Shown in pieces: positions 1 through 13,924 of a stretch of DNA of 64,000 nucleotides (within the stretch, counting starts at the first letter, position 1; the number at the start of each line of letters is the position of its first letter). Both the position numbers and the translations under genes were made by a program. The notes beneath the pieces were generated by a model. That model saw only the letters and a list, made by a program, of their open reading frames with translations, did not search any database and was not told the DNA's origin. This stretch comes from Eledone cirrhosa (taxonomy: Eukaryota), in assembly GCA_964016885.1 (NCBI GenBank), contig OZ024742.1, positions 316,200,001 to 316,264,000 of the forward strand. Direction: 5' to 3'.

Positions 1-1346
1 TATTATGAGTCACAAGACAAGATCCAACTGACAATGCAGGATAGAAACATATGACTATCGTCTATCGACTTTTACGTTTTCATACTATGAATATGTATCA
101 ATAAGTTAACTTATTATCCATCTCTTTGCCTTTGCTTGGCTCGATTCCCATCTCTATTTCTATCTCTCATTATATATATTTCCCTCTGTTTTTTGTTCTC
201 AATACTATTACCTCTTCATTTGTTCTTTTATGGTTTTGTTAAGACTTCAAATGTTTACGACTGACAGACAAATCTTGTAAATAACAGCTCCGCATGTAAT
301 GGTTCTGGTGTACTTAATTTGTTTCAAATATATTTGTCCTTTCAATATTTAAAAAGTCCAATTATTGTCTGTCTTTGAATCGGCAACCTCTCTTATTAAT
401 TGATAATATATTGATTCAGTACGCCAGAGGTGAAGAACCGTTGTAACATCATAGGGGGAATAGCGAGTACAAAAGAAACTGTTGATTCATTACTGTTTTG
501 AAGAAAATAATAAATCTTAAAGTCTACAATTTAAAAGATGTATCATATTACTGCTTTGGTCACTAACCCTGTAGTCGCAAGTGCAATGATTCCCATCGCC
601 TCGTCTGACTGACTATGATTAATAATCTTATTTAAAAAAAGTTTATTATACGTCACATATTTTAACTCTTTCAGTGCACTGTACTACCCAACCGGTTTCC
701 TCTGTGTCCTGAAAACTGTTTCCAAAAATACAAGTAAATATTATGCTGTAAACAATAAGCAATATTTTATTGAAGTGAACCCCGTTTTGCTTTTCATTTC
801 ATCTATAACATAATAAGATGACTGTGAAATATTATTTGTTTCGTAATAACTATATGTAGGACTTTGCTTTTTGATGAGTCAGTATAAAATCAAACATTAA
901 ATGTTAACCACATAAAGGGTTTACTAAACATATGGTAGTTAATTAGAAAAATAGTTTCTCATGGTTTAAAAGAACGTTTTCTCTATAAATATATCTAGTT
1001 ACCGTTTTGACTATATTTCGAAGATTTATAATTAGACCATGTTTGTTATATATTTTATTGGAGCAGCAGTCTATAGCTAGGTTCATATTTAGGTTATATC
1101 TAGGTTGTTGCATGAAAATAAGCCAAGAAAAAAACACAGATATATTGAAATACGTTTCTGTTATTTACATTATATGGATCAATTAGAATCTATAGCACAG
1201 AGTTTAAGAGATACAAAGTTTTTTAATATTTTTGGAGATAGAGTGAACTCCTTACAGCACTTCTTTTTAAACAATAATTCTGCCGAATCCTTCCAATTCC
1301 ATCACTGAGTTTAAGCTGGATTATATTCCTGGCTTTATTTTCTGAC

Positions 1347-1560
1347 TCATATTACAAGCGCGACTATTCTCTTGACAACAGCATTACTTATTGGTGTTAT
1401 TCTAGCACAGGCACACATCTTACTTTGGCATTTATTAAAATTCAGTGAAAGTTTAATTAATATTGCTCTTCTGTAGGAACTTGTTACATTCCGTAAAGAA
1501 TTTAATACCAAAATCAACTTTATCAATAGGTATTTCCTGTCTATAGACATCATACAGACT
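1347..1560 (-). pseudogene. Possible degenerate hAT transposase C-terminal (dimerisation) remnant
   Basis: Minus translation ...CARITPISNAVVKRIVALV resembles the hAT P-x-SNA-x-x-ER-x-FS motif but is heavily diverged. Confidence 0.3.
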
Positions 1561-2319
1561 ATTGTGAAGACTTTTGTAAATCCGGGGAAACGCCTTCTCT
1601 ATTCTGTCCACCGGGGCCGCGGGCGCCCAGTGTGTGAGCCCCCATTTGCTGTTAATAATGAGAGATGGGGAGAGCGGGAGAGACGGAAGCAGTGACAGTG
1701 GGACCTGGTGTATATGTATATGTTTCACATACACACACACTCACACTGAGGTTATTCTAAGAGTGTTAAATTATATGAAATAGTAATAGTGTTTGAATAT
1801 GTATTCATACTGATGCACATTTAGTTGTATGTATTGGCTGCGTTCGAATCTCCTGAACTAATCAGTTTGCCACTGACAGCAGCTTAAGATATACCATACA
1901 AAAACGAACGTATCGATAATCTATCTGATTAACTGAGTAGTTTTCTTACAATATAATTTTGGGATATTTTTCTCGTAAAACCTTGCTAAAGTTAGTGATT
2001 ATTTGATTTCTAAATGCAACAGCAATAATGTTTACGCTATCAAAAGCGTTCTTATTAAATCATTGGCTTTGGTAATTTCATTTGTGTTGTATGCCTTTCA
2101 AGTTGATTGTAAATTCCTTTTACATTCCTCTTTATTATTTTTTATATTATATTGAGATAAACTCTAATAATATTATCCTATCTTAATCTAGGCACTTCGG
2201 AATCTTCACTTCTCTGATTCTGTTCAAAGAAAGAAGAATACATTAAATAAAGAAGGATAAAATCACGAAGAATATGTTGCCAGTGATAATATTTTTGACG
2301 AATCATGAATACATTTCAC

Positions 2320-2800
<481 letters not shown>

Positions 2801-3417
2801 AATAATACTAAGAAAACCGGTATTCTGGTTGAATCTAGTAACATTTGAGGAGAGTTAAGGCCAGTTGTTACCATGTAGCATTCGAAATGTTATTAATATT
2901 AAATTAAGCATGTAAAAACAGAAAAGTGCAGCAGAATTATTCTATAGTTCAATGATGATTCCTATATGCAGTGGTTCTACCATCAAGAAAAGGCAGCCGA
3001 ATCTCTCTCAAATCATACCTTGTTGTCATAAAAGTTGAAGGACACATTGGACAATATAGTTCTATTCACACTATGACTGAATTTAGAAAGAAAAAACAAA
3101 ATAAAATAAAATAAAAACGGTAAAATGTTGCTTACAGATCTGGTTTATCAGAGATGGCTTAAAGCTAAAATACAACAACAACAACAAAAAAAAAAACAAT
3201 CGTCATATGATACGAACAAAGCTGAAGAGCAGCAAACATTAAGAGGCTCAATTGCTGCAAATATGACAGTCGTGTGATATTTGTAAGAACATTCGTCACT
3301 TTAAACCTGTCAAGCTAAAAGCTTTAGAAGCACTCATTAACTCGGAAGATGGCTTGGAGGATGAATGGGTCACCTTCAGTTTCACACTGTATGGTGCTGT
3401 TGCAGTAAGATCGGATA

Positions 3418-3487
3418 GAAGAAGAAGAAGAAGAAGAAGAAGAAGAAGAAGAAGAAGAAGAAGAAGAAGAAGAAGAAGAAGAAGAAG
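3418..3487 (+). repeat. (GAA)n microsatellite
   Basis: Perfect trinucleotide run. Confidence 0.95.
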
Positions 3488-4701
3488 GAAGAAAAAATTA
3501 TTATAAGAAGAACAAGAACAATAACAATAACAAAAATATCCTCAAATTAAACAAGTAATTGGTTTGGTTATAAAGATTGATAAATATTTTCGTGATATTT
3601 CACGAATTCATAAAATGTAACAGTATCAAAATAACCTGTCTACTGGAAATTATTTGCTGTCCAATACTTGTAAGTCATTTTGTCACATACTCGCATTAGC
3701 TCACACAGTTCTTCCCATCTAATGATGTTACTAAATTCATTTCTCTAATACATGTTAGTGTAATTTGTGTGTAATTTAGTAAGCTATATAAAGTGACTTT
3801 TAGCAGATGAAGTACACATTCTTTATAACCTTATGCATATAATAGACTAGAATGGCCCTCCATCGGCTTAAACGATTTGTGTACCTTCAAACAACCACTC
3901 TCTACTAATGTCTTAAAAGAGGGACGAACTAATTAGACGCTGTGGTAATCCATGAAGTAACAAAAATGGCTTGGTAAAATTCTGAATGCTTTTTATCATA
4001 GATGTGCTCGAACAGGGCAGGGCTTACCTTGGGTTAAGCAACAAAAATAACAACAACAACCTTCAAGTAGATGTAATTTATCGCAAAAACCATCGACAAC
4101 CATAAGTAAATGACAGTACTGGTTCAGGTGTTCCTGCAGGAAATACTAGATATAGACCAGGTGAAGATTCATCTCTCACTCGTTTAATGTTTCAGGAGTT
4201 CTATAAATGTTTCACCCTCATAAAAAGATAATAGACTATTGGGGCTTTTAATTAAGGACAAGGTTACAGATTTAGAGGGAAACAGAAAGGAAGAGTTCTG
4301 TCTTAATAACGATACTATCTATGTACAGATCCTTCACTTTTGTAGAATCAGACCCAAAGACTTAGTTTTATGGGATACAAATGTTCTAGTACATTACAAT
4401 CAGGGGGACCAGAAAACACTGATTTTATAGAAGCGAAATATGGGATGTTGTGATGCTCAGATCATTAGAAAAGAAATTAACAAAGAAAAGTTATTTCAAC
4501 CAGGAATCGAAACTTAGTAACAAACTCAGCTCACGTGAATTACACTTGTGGTTCATAAAGGGTTAGCCACGGTATATATAAAATAAAAATGATATTTAAA
4601 ATCTGAAAATTACGGGTATTTTACGCCCTAGCCCACCACAAACAAACATGAAGTTGAAATTTCTCATAGATAACAATGCTTCGTATTAGATATCGCTAAT
4701 T

Positions 4702-4880
4702 AATTGTTTTTACGTTAGGCACAAGGCCAGCAAATACCCAGTGCGTTACTGGTACTTTATTTTATCGACCCCGTAAGGATGAAAGGCAAAGTTAACTTTG
4801 GCGGGATTTGAACTCAGAATGGCAAGGGCCGTAACTCTATGCGTCAAAGCATGGCGTCCGACCCTCTACCGATACTGCCC
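4702..4880 (-). mobile_element. tRNA-derived SINE, family A (~190 bp)
   Basis: Reverse complement has A-box-like GGCAGTATCGG, B box GAGTTCAAATCC, core GCCTTTCATCCTTACGGGGTCGATAAAATAAAGTACC and 3' GGCCTTGTGCCTAA; many copies in the window. Confidence 0.9.
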
Positions 4881-6454
4881 GCTAATTAATGTTAGCGAGT
4901 TAAACTTGTATTAAATGTGAGTACACCTTCACAAAATTTCTTTATATAATTTTATGAGATATTGATCTCTACACCCCAACACCCGGCAGCAGCGGGAGGC
5001 TAACGCACGTTGACATTGAAATATACCCACCATTCATATTCGAGCTTCTGAAATAGCTGCAACGACATGGCGTGACAAGATGCGAGTCAATTATACGAAA
5101 ACACATCCTATATGAATTCATATCCGTCATTATTCATATTTTGAATGCAAAGAAGTAAATATTTAATAATTGATTGTAGTTTAAATCACATATTTATAGA
5201 CTACAAGTAATTTTACGTCTAAACGCCACGAAAATGAGCTAAAATATTTTTATTCCCTATTAAAATGCGCCATAAATCAAATATATATGAAACCCACTGA
5301 CATGACCTCATATTTTGTGATAATTAGCATTTGTCAAAATGAATTAATAAAACCTCAGGGATAATCAACCAAGTGTGTTCGCAATGACTGACTGGTTAAG
5401 AAATCTTCTAGCCCAATGAAATGTATTATTTCCATCACAACATCTGTGCTTAACTATATCCGGGACTAAACAGTAAAATACATCTGGTATACAAAACAGA
5501 CCGACCCAGTTGTAGAGTACTGACCCAACAGAAAATCGATATAAACATTTCTCTTTCTGCTGCAATTTATTTCTATATTGATAAGGGGTCCAGCTCTTTG
5601 CTAATAGGTCGTATTGTTATTAACACACATTGATCACTTATGCCACCAGTACTTTTTAGTTACTGAATCATGAGTACCAAAGACAAGAGTTATGTGGTGG
5701 TTGTCAGAGTCAATGTCGAATAACAGTATGGTGAAATGAATAAGTATTTACATATTTACTGTATGACAAAGTATTTTCTGTGCGATACAGACTAGTGTTG
5801 GGTGTAGGTAAGTGATAGTGTAGCTTTTTTAGATTATGTGTGAGTGAGTGAACGAATAAGTGGATTGCTGAGTGTATTTTTTAAAAGTGCTGGTATGATT
5901 GACTGCAAGTGCGAGAGAGCGAGAGAGAGAGAGGAGATAGTGTGGTGGAGAGAGAAAGGGAGAGGTGAAATAATATGTGATCGCGCGCATATGTTTAGTA
6001 TTGTCCTAAAGATGGGGAAAGAAGCTATAGAATCATAAGTATAAAGATTGCATCAGCCACAGTCGTAGCCATTTTCTTAGATTTTACTCGTTGATTGGTT
6101 TGTGTATTTATTTGTTTCTGAAAGTCAACAGCTGCTAGGTACGGAGTGTTTCGTTCGTAACGGGAGCAATAAGTAGCAGATTATAATAATAATAACGAGG
6201 TCATCGATAATAGCATCACCAATAGTATTGGTGACGTAAATAGCAACAGCACGGGCAATGTCAATTACTTTATTGTAGATGTTGATGATGATGAACACAA
6301 TCTGAGTTCAAATCCCAGCGAAATCAATGAAAAGAAGTAACAGTAATATTGTAAGCTTGATAAATTTACACCCACAATCCTTTCAAAAAGATACACTAAC
6401 AACATAATTTAAAAGTCACAATTAGTATGTATGTATGGTCCCATAACACCTGAT

Positions 6455-6682
6455 AGGGTCGTAGGGGGCGACATACGGTGTTTCTTGGGCATTTTAATCC
6501 TGGCGGAGCCCATCCCCCTCCAGACCTGAGTACAGCAGATTTCTTCCAGAGAAAGATAGAAAGTGAGAGAGAGAAGGAATGAGAAAGAAATATAGAAGAA
6601 GAATCGCCCCAGTACTAGACTGATATTTTTTATCGACCTCGAAATGATGAACGGCAAAGTTGACCTCGGCAGGATTTGAACG
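6455..6682 (-). mobile_element. SINE variant: family A-like core joined to a different 3' body; second copy at about 45455-45730
   Basis: GACATACGG(T/C)GTTTCT(T/A)GGGCATTTTAA...GCGGAGC...AGATTTCTTC is shared with 45455-45560, and both copies lie next to a family A-like segment. Confidence 0.55.
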
Positions 6683-6862
6683 AAAGTTCTCCCGAAGAGA
6701 TTGGCTAGTTGGGTTTCGTCGACGCCTAGAGTCTCCCCAAGGACGCCGTTGCTCTTTCCTTCCACTACTCCTCTATAGAAAGCCAAGGTGGAGTTTCCAG
6801 CGATTGTATTGCTCGACTGGTCGAGGGCTGTAAGCGCCTGAAGACATTCTAGTCTCCAAGTG
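6680..6862 (-). mobile_element. Tx1/L1-type LINE ORF2 fragment
   Basis: Open minus frame WRLECLQALTAL...STLAFYRGVVEGKSNGVLGETLGVDETQLANLFGRTF resembles the region upstream of the zf-RVT domain. Confidence 0.5.
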
Positions 6863-6863
6863 C

Positions 6864-7168
6864 TTGATAATAATAATGAAATTATTGTATACAGTGCTCA
6901 GGTGCACTACAACTCATCAAAGGTTCATGTATAATACATAGAATAATGTACAAATGTCATGAAAATGAACAATGTATGAATCATGAAATACATGTGTGCA
7001 TGTGTATGGATGGGGGGGGGGGGGGGTATCAGGTGTAGTGTTGGCGAATTTCAGGAAGCATAGAGGGTTTTCAAGGATGCAGTGTCTCGGGGCAGCTAAC
7101 AACGAATGCAGGTAGTTTGTTCCATGTTTCAGCAACTCTGAATGTGAAAAAAATGTTTCCGAAAGTGA
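6864..7168 (-). mobile_element. CR1-group LINE 3' end
   Basis: With frameshifts the minus strand reads FRKHFF-TFRVAETWNKLPAFVVSC, matching the CR1/L2 ORF2 C-terminal FF-x-RV-x-x-WN-x-LP motif, followed by a 3'UTR and an (ATT)n tail. Confidence 0.75.
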
Positions 7169-7470
7169 TGAGAGCTGATATCACTCCGCCGGGCCTGTTT
7201 TCCTATATTCTCCCTTCTAACCCTTTCTACACGTCAGTGTCCTTCTTTGTCTGCACGTTGGACTACAGTCCTTATTATTTTCTTCTGTTTTACTATTTCT
7301 CCCCTTTCTATATTTTTATCCTTTGGTCAAGTCCTTGCGCACTCTCTATTTGTGTAATTTGCCTAAAAGCATAACTCTTCTCCACCTGTTTTGTATGTAT
7401 CAATGTACACTGGAATAATAGGTATCAACATTAATGCTGTCCGCCTTTCCGTTTTCTATGTCCTGTTTTG

Positions 7471-7597
<127 letters not shown>

Positions 7598-7599
7598 AT

Positions 7600-8292
7600 T
7601 TGAATGGATACAGTTTAGTTGAAAGGAATTTATTGACACGTGTTTCTATAACAGTTACATAACCTGAAAACAGCTGCTATCTACAAAGTATTAGTTATGC
7701 AGACAATCAATATTTCAATGTTATTATTTACTGTCATTTCATCAGAATAATATTACTGAGGACCCGTTTGGTTTATATAGAGAATATTAGGAGAGAGGGG
7801 TGAAGTTGTTAGAAGAATAGTTGAGGGAGTGGTTTTTTGATAGCAGTGAGAATTTTGGGTGGCAGTGAGTAATTAGATTCCCATCTGTTGTTTTGACATT
7901 TTTATAGAATATATTATTGGTTATTTTTCTAAATCTATAGAGGGATTAGAGATAGTAAAGATATGCGTGGTTGGTTTTGTGTTTGCACTTAATTAACATT
8001 CAGACTTAAATTTTTTCTTTCAAGTGTACGTATCCTTTCACCCACGCATTCTCACACTAACATATTTGCACCCCTCTACAAAATATATATACTCACATTC
8101 ACATAGTAACATGTTCATACTTACATACATATACACATGCATACACATATATATACACACATGTATTCATGTACATACATACGCGCTCATGTGTGTACAT
8201 TTTCATACTCAACTTATCTTTATATACACACGTATAGACACACACATATATACATACATACTCTAGTCCATGTGTGTATATACACATATACA

Positions 8293-8374
<82 letters not shown>

Positions 8375-9023
8375 CACTTTAATACATGAATACACTTACA
8401 TCTAACTATACACATCAAACATATATATATATTTACTTATTTATATACATTTTCACATATATATACATACTTATGGTCGCTTTTAGACACATTCATTATC
8501 GCATTTTTTCACCTATTCTCATCAGCATATCTTTCCATTATTAGTGTGGTAATTTGAGGTTATTAATATACATATATATATTGAGAAGAAATTGTTTTTA
8601 TATTTTTCTAACTAGATTGAGGTTTATATAGTTGGGGGGATTCCCCTCTTTTATGTAATATTCGGCTTGTAGTGGGAAAAAAGGGTTTTAGTTCGGTGAC
8701 GGCAAAATAATGTTCGTTCAATTCTGTTATTCAGCAATTTCTTCTTGTGTGTGATTATGTAATAAATCTCAAGATTACACAATTTGCAGAAATTTTGGTG
8801 TGGTTTATTTATGTTCTGTAGTGTATTGTCTACTGTTTTTTTTGTGTTCTTTGTACTTAAGTTTTTAGTGTTTTCGTTTAACCTTCTAGTATTGATCTTT
8901 TTTATGTGTTGTTCAAGGTTTAACGCTGTAGAGTATGAATTTCAACTGGAACCGTCGAGCAAACTCTACGTGAGCTGTCAATCTACTGTGTGTAATATTT
9001 ATATTACAACACAACGGAAAATA

Positions 9024-9025
<2 letters not shown>
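7600..9025 (-). mobile_element. Penelope-like element 3' portion (GIY-YIG C-terminus plus 3' region)
   Basis: Minus frame at about 8690-8810 reads FCKLCNLEIYYIITHKKKLLNNRIERTLFCRHRTK, the PLE C-x2-C...E...LLN-x-R-x-E...CRH motif; a degenerate hammerhead core lies downstream at about 7703-7751. Confidence 0.7.
7703..7751 (-). ncRNA. Degenerate type-I hammerhead ribozyme-like motif
   Basis: Reverse complement: CTGATGA-aatg...catt-GAAA-tat; stem II is 4 bp and stem I is weak. Confidence 0.35.
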
Positions 9026-9120
<95 letters not shown>

Positions 9121-9121
<1 letters not shown>

Positions 9122-9300
9122 AATGTATAATAAACAATACAATATAATTACCTCACTACCAGAGGTTTCCCGAATAAGACGAATACGAAAAACGTCCTCA
9201 TTCGTTCATCGGACAAGGAATGAGGACGTTTTTCGTATTCGTCTTATTCGGGAAACCTCTGGTAATGAGGTAATTATATTATATTGTTTATTATACATTA
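9121..9300. repeat. Foldback palindrome (83-bp arms, 14-nt loop) next to a (TA)n tract
   Basis: 9121-9203 is the near-perfect reverse complement of 9218-9300. Confidence 0.95.
9151..9218 (-). ncRNA. Type-I hammerhead ribozyme-like motif (CCGAUGA core variant)
   Basis: Reverse complement: ccttgt-CCGATGA-a-cgaatgaggacg...cgtcttattcg-g-GAAAC-ctctg-GTA-gtgagg; long stem II, stem III ACC/GGT, GUA triplet, wobble-rich stem I. Confidence 0.55.
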
Positions 9301-9374
9301 AATTTAGCTCTGGTACTTACATAGAGCACTCTTCACTCCTATGACTTTTTCAATTTTCAACGGAAACTTCAATA

Positions 9375-9463
<89 letters not shown>

Positions 9464-9600
9464 CGATTTATACAAAATCACTAAGGGGTAGATGACTGTA
9501 GAAGCATGTCTCCCTAGGGAGATGTTATGTATATTCTCATAAATTTACGTATATACGCACACACACACACACACATATATTTATATGTGCATGTGTGTGT

Positions 9601-9654
9601 TGCGTGTGTGGAAAGATTCATGATTGGTTGAAATATTGCTCACGTAAAGGGCGT

Positions 9655-9750
<96 letters not shown>

Positions 9751-9804
9751 CTGCGTGTGTGGAAAGATTCATGAGTGGTTGAAATATTGCTCACGTAAAG
9801 GGCG

Positions 9805-9810
<6 letters not shown>
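9601..9810 (+). repeat. Direct duplication of a ~58-bp unit separated by (CA)/(TA) tracts
   Basis: TGCGTGTGTGGAAAGATTCATGA...CTCACGTAAAGGGCGTA at 9601 and 9752. Confidence 0.85.
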
Positions 9811-9879
<69 letters not shown>

Positions 9880-10132
9880 GAAAAGACAGACAATTAACGC
9901 CAGCTGTGACGCAGTAATAGAGTAACAACATTATGTTATATCAACAAGAAGAGACCAACAAAGGCATTGGAGGTGTCGGCAGCAAGAGAACATATAAACA
10001 ATATAAAGAAGACTTTTTATTTAGGTTTTGCATTATAAAAGTCTGTCAATTTTTCACGGGAATAACATAATTTTTATATATATTATTATATATATATATT
10101 TATATATATATATATGTATATATATATAAATA

Positions 10133-12788
10133 TCTCAGAGGTCGTGACAGATGGACGGTCGTAAACACAAAAGCCTACCCTAGTGAGGAATGTACCTCCC
10201 AACATAGCTTAGTTGTCAGCGACCTCACGGTCAGAACTAGACGAACCTGGAAACAGAGGCCAACCTGGAGATGAAAGATCTGGAAGCTGAAAGACCCCTC
10301 AGCCAGTAACAGATGTAAAGATATTTTACTCAACGCCTACGACAGTAAAGAAGAACAGATAGAGACATTCAATGTAGAAGAGCACTGGGAGTTCCTAAAA
10401 AATAACTTACTAGAGGCGACGGATGAGGTCTGTGGCTGGAGTAAGGCCACAAGCAGGAGGAGAGTGACCTGGTGGTGGAACAATAAGGTAGATGAGGAAG
10501 TTAAGGCCAAGAGACAGGCATGGGAAGAATGGAAAAACGGGGGGAGCAGGGTACATTACATAGAGACCAAGAGGGAAACTAGGCGACAAGTATACTTAGC
10601 TAGGAGGGAAGCAGAGGATAGAAAATTCAAGCATGTTTTGCAACGTGAGGTGTTCAACATTGCGAGGCAGTGTGTCAGAGAGAATTGTGATGTCATTGGA
10701 GAGAAGTGTATCCGGAATAATAAAGGTGAGCTTGCCCTCACAAGTGCTGAGAAGAAAGATGCATGGAAGAGCCATTATGATAGATTACTAAATGAAGAGA
10801 ATGCATGGGAATAAGAGACCCTACCACAAGTAGACCCTATAGAGGGGCCAGCAGTACAAGTCAGCAGCAGCGTAGTAAGTAAGGCAATAAGTAAGGTATA
10901 GCTGCCGAGATGCTGAAGGCATCTGGGTCTGTAGGTCACACTATAACCACACGTATTGTTAACCAGCTAATACTAGAAGGTGTCATACCAAAAGATTGGT
11001 GCAGTAGCATCATTGTCAACTGCTACAAAGGTAAAGGTGATGCACTAGATAGAGGAAACTATAGAGGTATAAAGCTGATGGACCAGGTCATGAAAGTAAC
11101 AGAAAAAGTTATAGCACAGTTGATTAGGGACCGGGTGAAACTAGATGAGATGCAATTTGGGTTTGTACCAGGAAGAGGCACCACTGATGCCCTCTTCCTT
11201 GTGAGACAGTTACAGGAAAAGTACCTAGCATTCGTCGATCTCGAGAAAGCCTTTGACAGAGTTCCACGTGCTGTAATCTGGTGGGCTCTTAGAAAACTAG
11301 GAGTAGATGAATGGCTTGTGAAAGCTGTACAAGCCATGTATAGGGGAGCAGTCAGCAAAGTTAGGATTAGCAATGAGTATAGCGAGGAATTTAGCGTACA
11401 GGTTGGTGCCCACCAGGGTTCTGTTCTTAGTCCTCGCCTGTTCATCATAGTCCTGCAGGCAATAACGGAGGAGTTTGAGACCGGATGCCCATGGGAACTC
11501 CTGTATGCTGATGACCTCGCACTTATAGCTGAATCTATGGTAGAACTAGAGAAGAAATTCCAAACTTGGAAGCAAAGCAGGGACTAGAAAGAAAGGGTCT
11601 CAAAGTCAACATGACAAAGACTAAGGTCCTTGTAAGTAGACAAGAAAACAGAACCCAGATCCCCTCAGGGAAATGGCCATGCTCAGTATGTAGGAAAGGT
11701 GTAGGTAGGAACTCCATTCTCTGCCCCAAATGTAAACAATGGGTACACAAGAGATGTAGCGGGATATCAGGAAGCTTAATTAAGAATGTAGGCTTCACAT
11801 GCAGCAGCTGTGCTGGGACAGCACGCAGCACACGGCCACAGGAAACAAGTACCACCAATCTCTGGGAGGGCTCTGTAGAAACAGTAGACAGCTTCTGCTA
11901 CCTAGGTGACCGAATTAGCAGCGGAGGTGGGTGTTCAGAAAGTACAATAACTAGGGTAAGAACGGGATGGAAGAAGTTCAGGGAATTACTTCCACTGCTA
12001 GCTGCAAAAGGCTTCTCCCTCAAAATAAAAGGCAGACTGTATGATGCGTGTATCCGAACAGCAATGTTACATGGTAGTGAGACCTGGGCGCTGAAGGTGG
12101 AAGGCTTACGTAGATTAGAAAGAAACGAAGCCTGCATGCTCCGATGGATGTGTAATAGTAATATACGCGAACGACAAAGCATAAATGAATTGAGAGAGAG
12201 ACTGAGCATAAGAGGAATCAAATGCTGTGTGCAGGAGAGGCGGTTGCGTTGGTATGGACATGTGATGCGTATGAAGGATGACAGCTGCAAAAAAAGGTGC
12301 AGAGCACTAGAAGTCAATGGAAACCACAGAGTGGGGAGACCCAAGAAGACCTGGGATGAGGTGATAAAAGCCGACCTTACCCAATTACACCTCTCAAAGG
12401 CGATGATACACGACCGTGACCTCTGCCGTCACGCGGTAATACAGAGTACCCGACCTCCCATGGGTACAAGCTGAAGCATATAGACAATATGCCCCCACAC
12501 CCTCCCACTGCAAGGTGGTCGTGGAGGTGCCACGGCAAAAAAGCACCCAGCCCACACTGTAAAGTGGACGTGTAGGCACCACGGAAAAAAAGCACCCAGC
12601 ACTCACTGTAAATGAGGTTGGTTTTAGGAAGGGCATCCAGCTGTAGAAATCAAGCCAAAATCAGTTCCTGTATGAGCAAGGCATGGTCAGCCGACCAGAC
12701 ACTGCCCACAACAGGACAACCCGTCTAACCCATGCTAGCATGGAAGAACGGACGTAAAACGGTGATGATGATGATGATGATGATGATC
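10133..12788 (+). mobile_element. 5'-truncated RTE-clade LINE with disabled ORF2, 3'UTR and (GAT)n tail
   Basis: End of APE endonuclease (SQHSLVVSDL); RT motifs NYRGIKL, QFGFVPGRGTTDA, FVDLEKAFDRV, QGSVLSP, LLYADD, F-x-YLG, HGSETW, RLRWYGHV, GRPKKTW; (GAT)n tail at about 12763-12788; preceded by a (TA)n tract. Confidence 0.95.
10140..12474 (+). pseudogene. RTE ORF2 (reverse transcriptase) pseudogene
   Basis: Stops at about 10272 and 10812-10814, a deletion/frameshift near 10895, an apparent short deletion at QEKYLA/FVDLE, and a 5-bp AAGCA duplication causing a frameshift near 11570-11579; ORFs 10464-10814, 10910-11587 and 11566-12474 are consecutive pieces. Confidence 0.9.
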
Positions 12789-12928
12789 TTACTCATTCAC
12801 TCTCTCTTCTCTCTCTCTCTTCTCTCTCTCTTGTCTCTCTCTCTCTCTCACACACACACACCAACATATATATATATATATGTGTGTGTGTGTATGGGTG
12901 TATGTGTGTATGTATGTGTGTGTGTGTA

Positions 12929-12966
<38 letters not shown>

Positions 12967-13139
12967 CGCATGTGTGTGTGTATGTGTGTATGTGTATGTG
13001 TATGTGTGTATGTATGTACACACACGCGCATATATATGTGGAGATACGGAAAGAGATATTAACTAAAAGAAAGAAGCTGATTAACTTGTATATGTGTATA
13101 TACATGCGTGCATGTGTATGTATATGCGCAGGGACATAG

Positions 13140-13920
13140 AAATAGTCGGGCTGGATACCCGATCGCGCGGTTAAACCACTGGGAGTGAAGGACCCCTTTG
13201 TCAGGGCATTCTTCTAGGAAACTGGGATAACTCCGACATAAAACCTGCGGCTCAGTAGTTACCGATGATGTTGATCTTTTCTTCTTTTGGGGTTATGGCT
13301 ACTGTCGCTCAGAGAGTGGGACTGGCTCAGTGCACAGTCTTTCTTCACTTTAAAAAAATCTTTGCGCACAGGCATTGCACGATAGAATTAATTAATAACT
13401 ACTAATAATGGTATATCGTGCAATGGCCATACTCGATAACGAGGGGACAGCCATCATCATGTATGTATGTATGTATGTATGTATGTTGTATGTTTTTTTT
13501 TCTGATATAACACCTGCAACCCTGATGGTATCCAATGATGTTGACTTGTTCTTCTTTTTGGTAAATATCATCTTGGTTAAGAGAGTGGGACTGGCTTTGT
13601 GCAGTGCCTTTGCTCACTATAAAAGCTTCACGGCACAGGCATTGCTTTATATCTGGAGATCTCTCTGCACTTGTCCTCACATGGTACCATGGGCCCAGCA
13701 CTATGTATCAATAATTGTCACAAGTGTAGTGTTTGTACCAGAGGTTTCAAGTCGCTGGCTGGACTAAAAAGTCACACTCGTTCAGCGCTTCGGTAGGGGT
13801 TCTACTACATGGATATAAAGTAGTGGCCGTACTCGAAAACGAGTTGGCAGCCACCATGTATGTATGTATGTATGTATGTATGTATGTATGTATGTATGTA
13901 TGTATGTATGCATGTATGTT
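13140..13920 (+). mobile_element. Two tandem diverged retroposon 3' ends, each ending in an (ATGT)n tail
   Basis: AA(A/C)ACCTGC...GATGTTGA...AGAGAGTGGGACTGGCT...GCACAGGCATTGC...GGCC(A/G)TACTCGA(T/A)AACGAG...CAGCCA(T/C)CAT is repeated at about 13240-13460 and 13508-13860. Confidence 0.65.
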
Positions 13921-13924
13921 CTCT

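Noticed and set aside
6680-6862. This Tx1-like fragment and the one at 47050-47410 as halves of one split element
   Set aside because: They are about 40 kb apart, across a gap and in the wrong order for the minus strand; independent copies are more likely.
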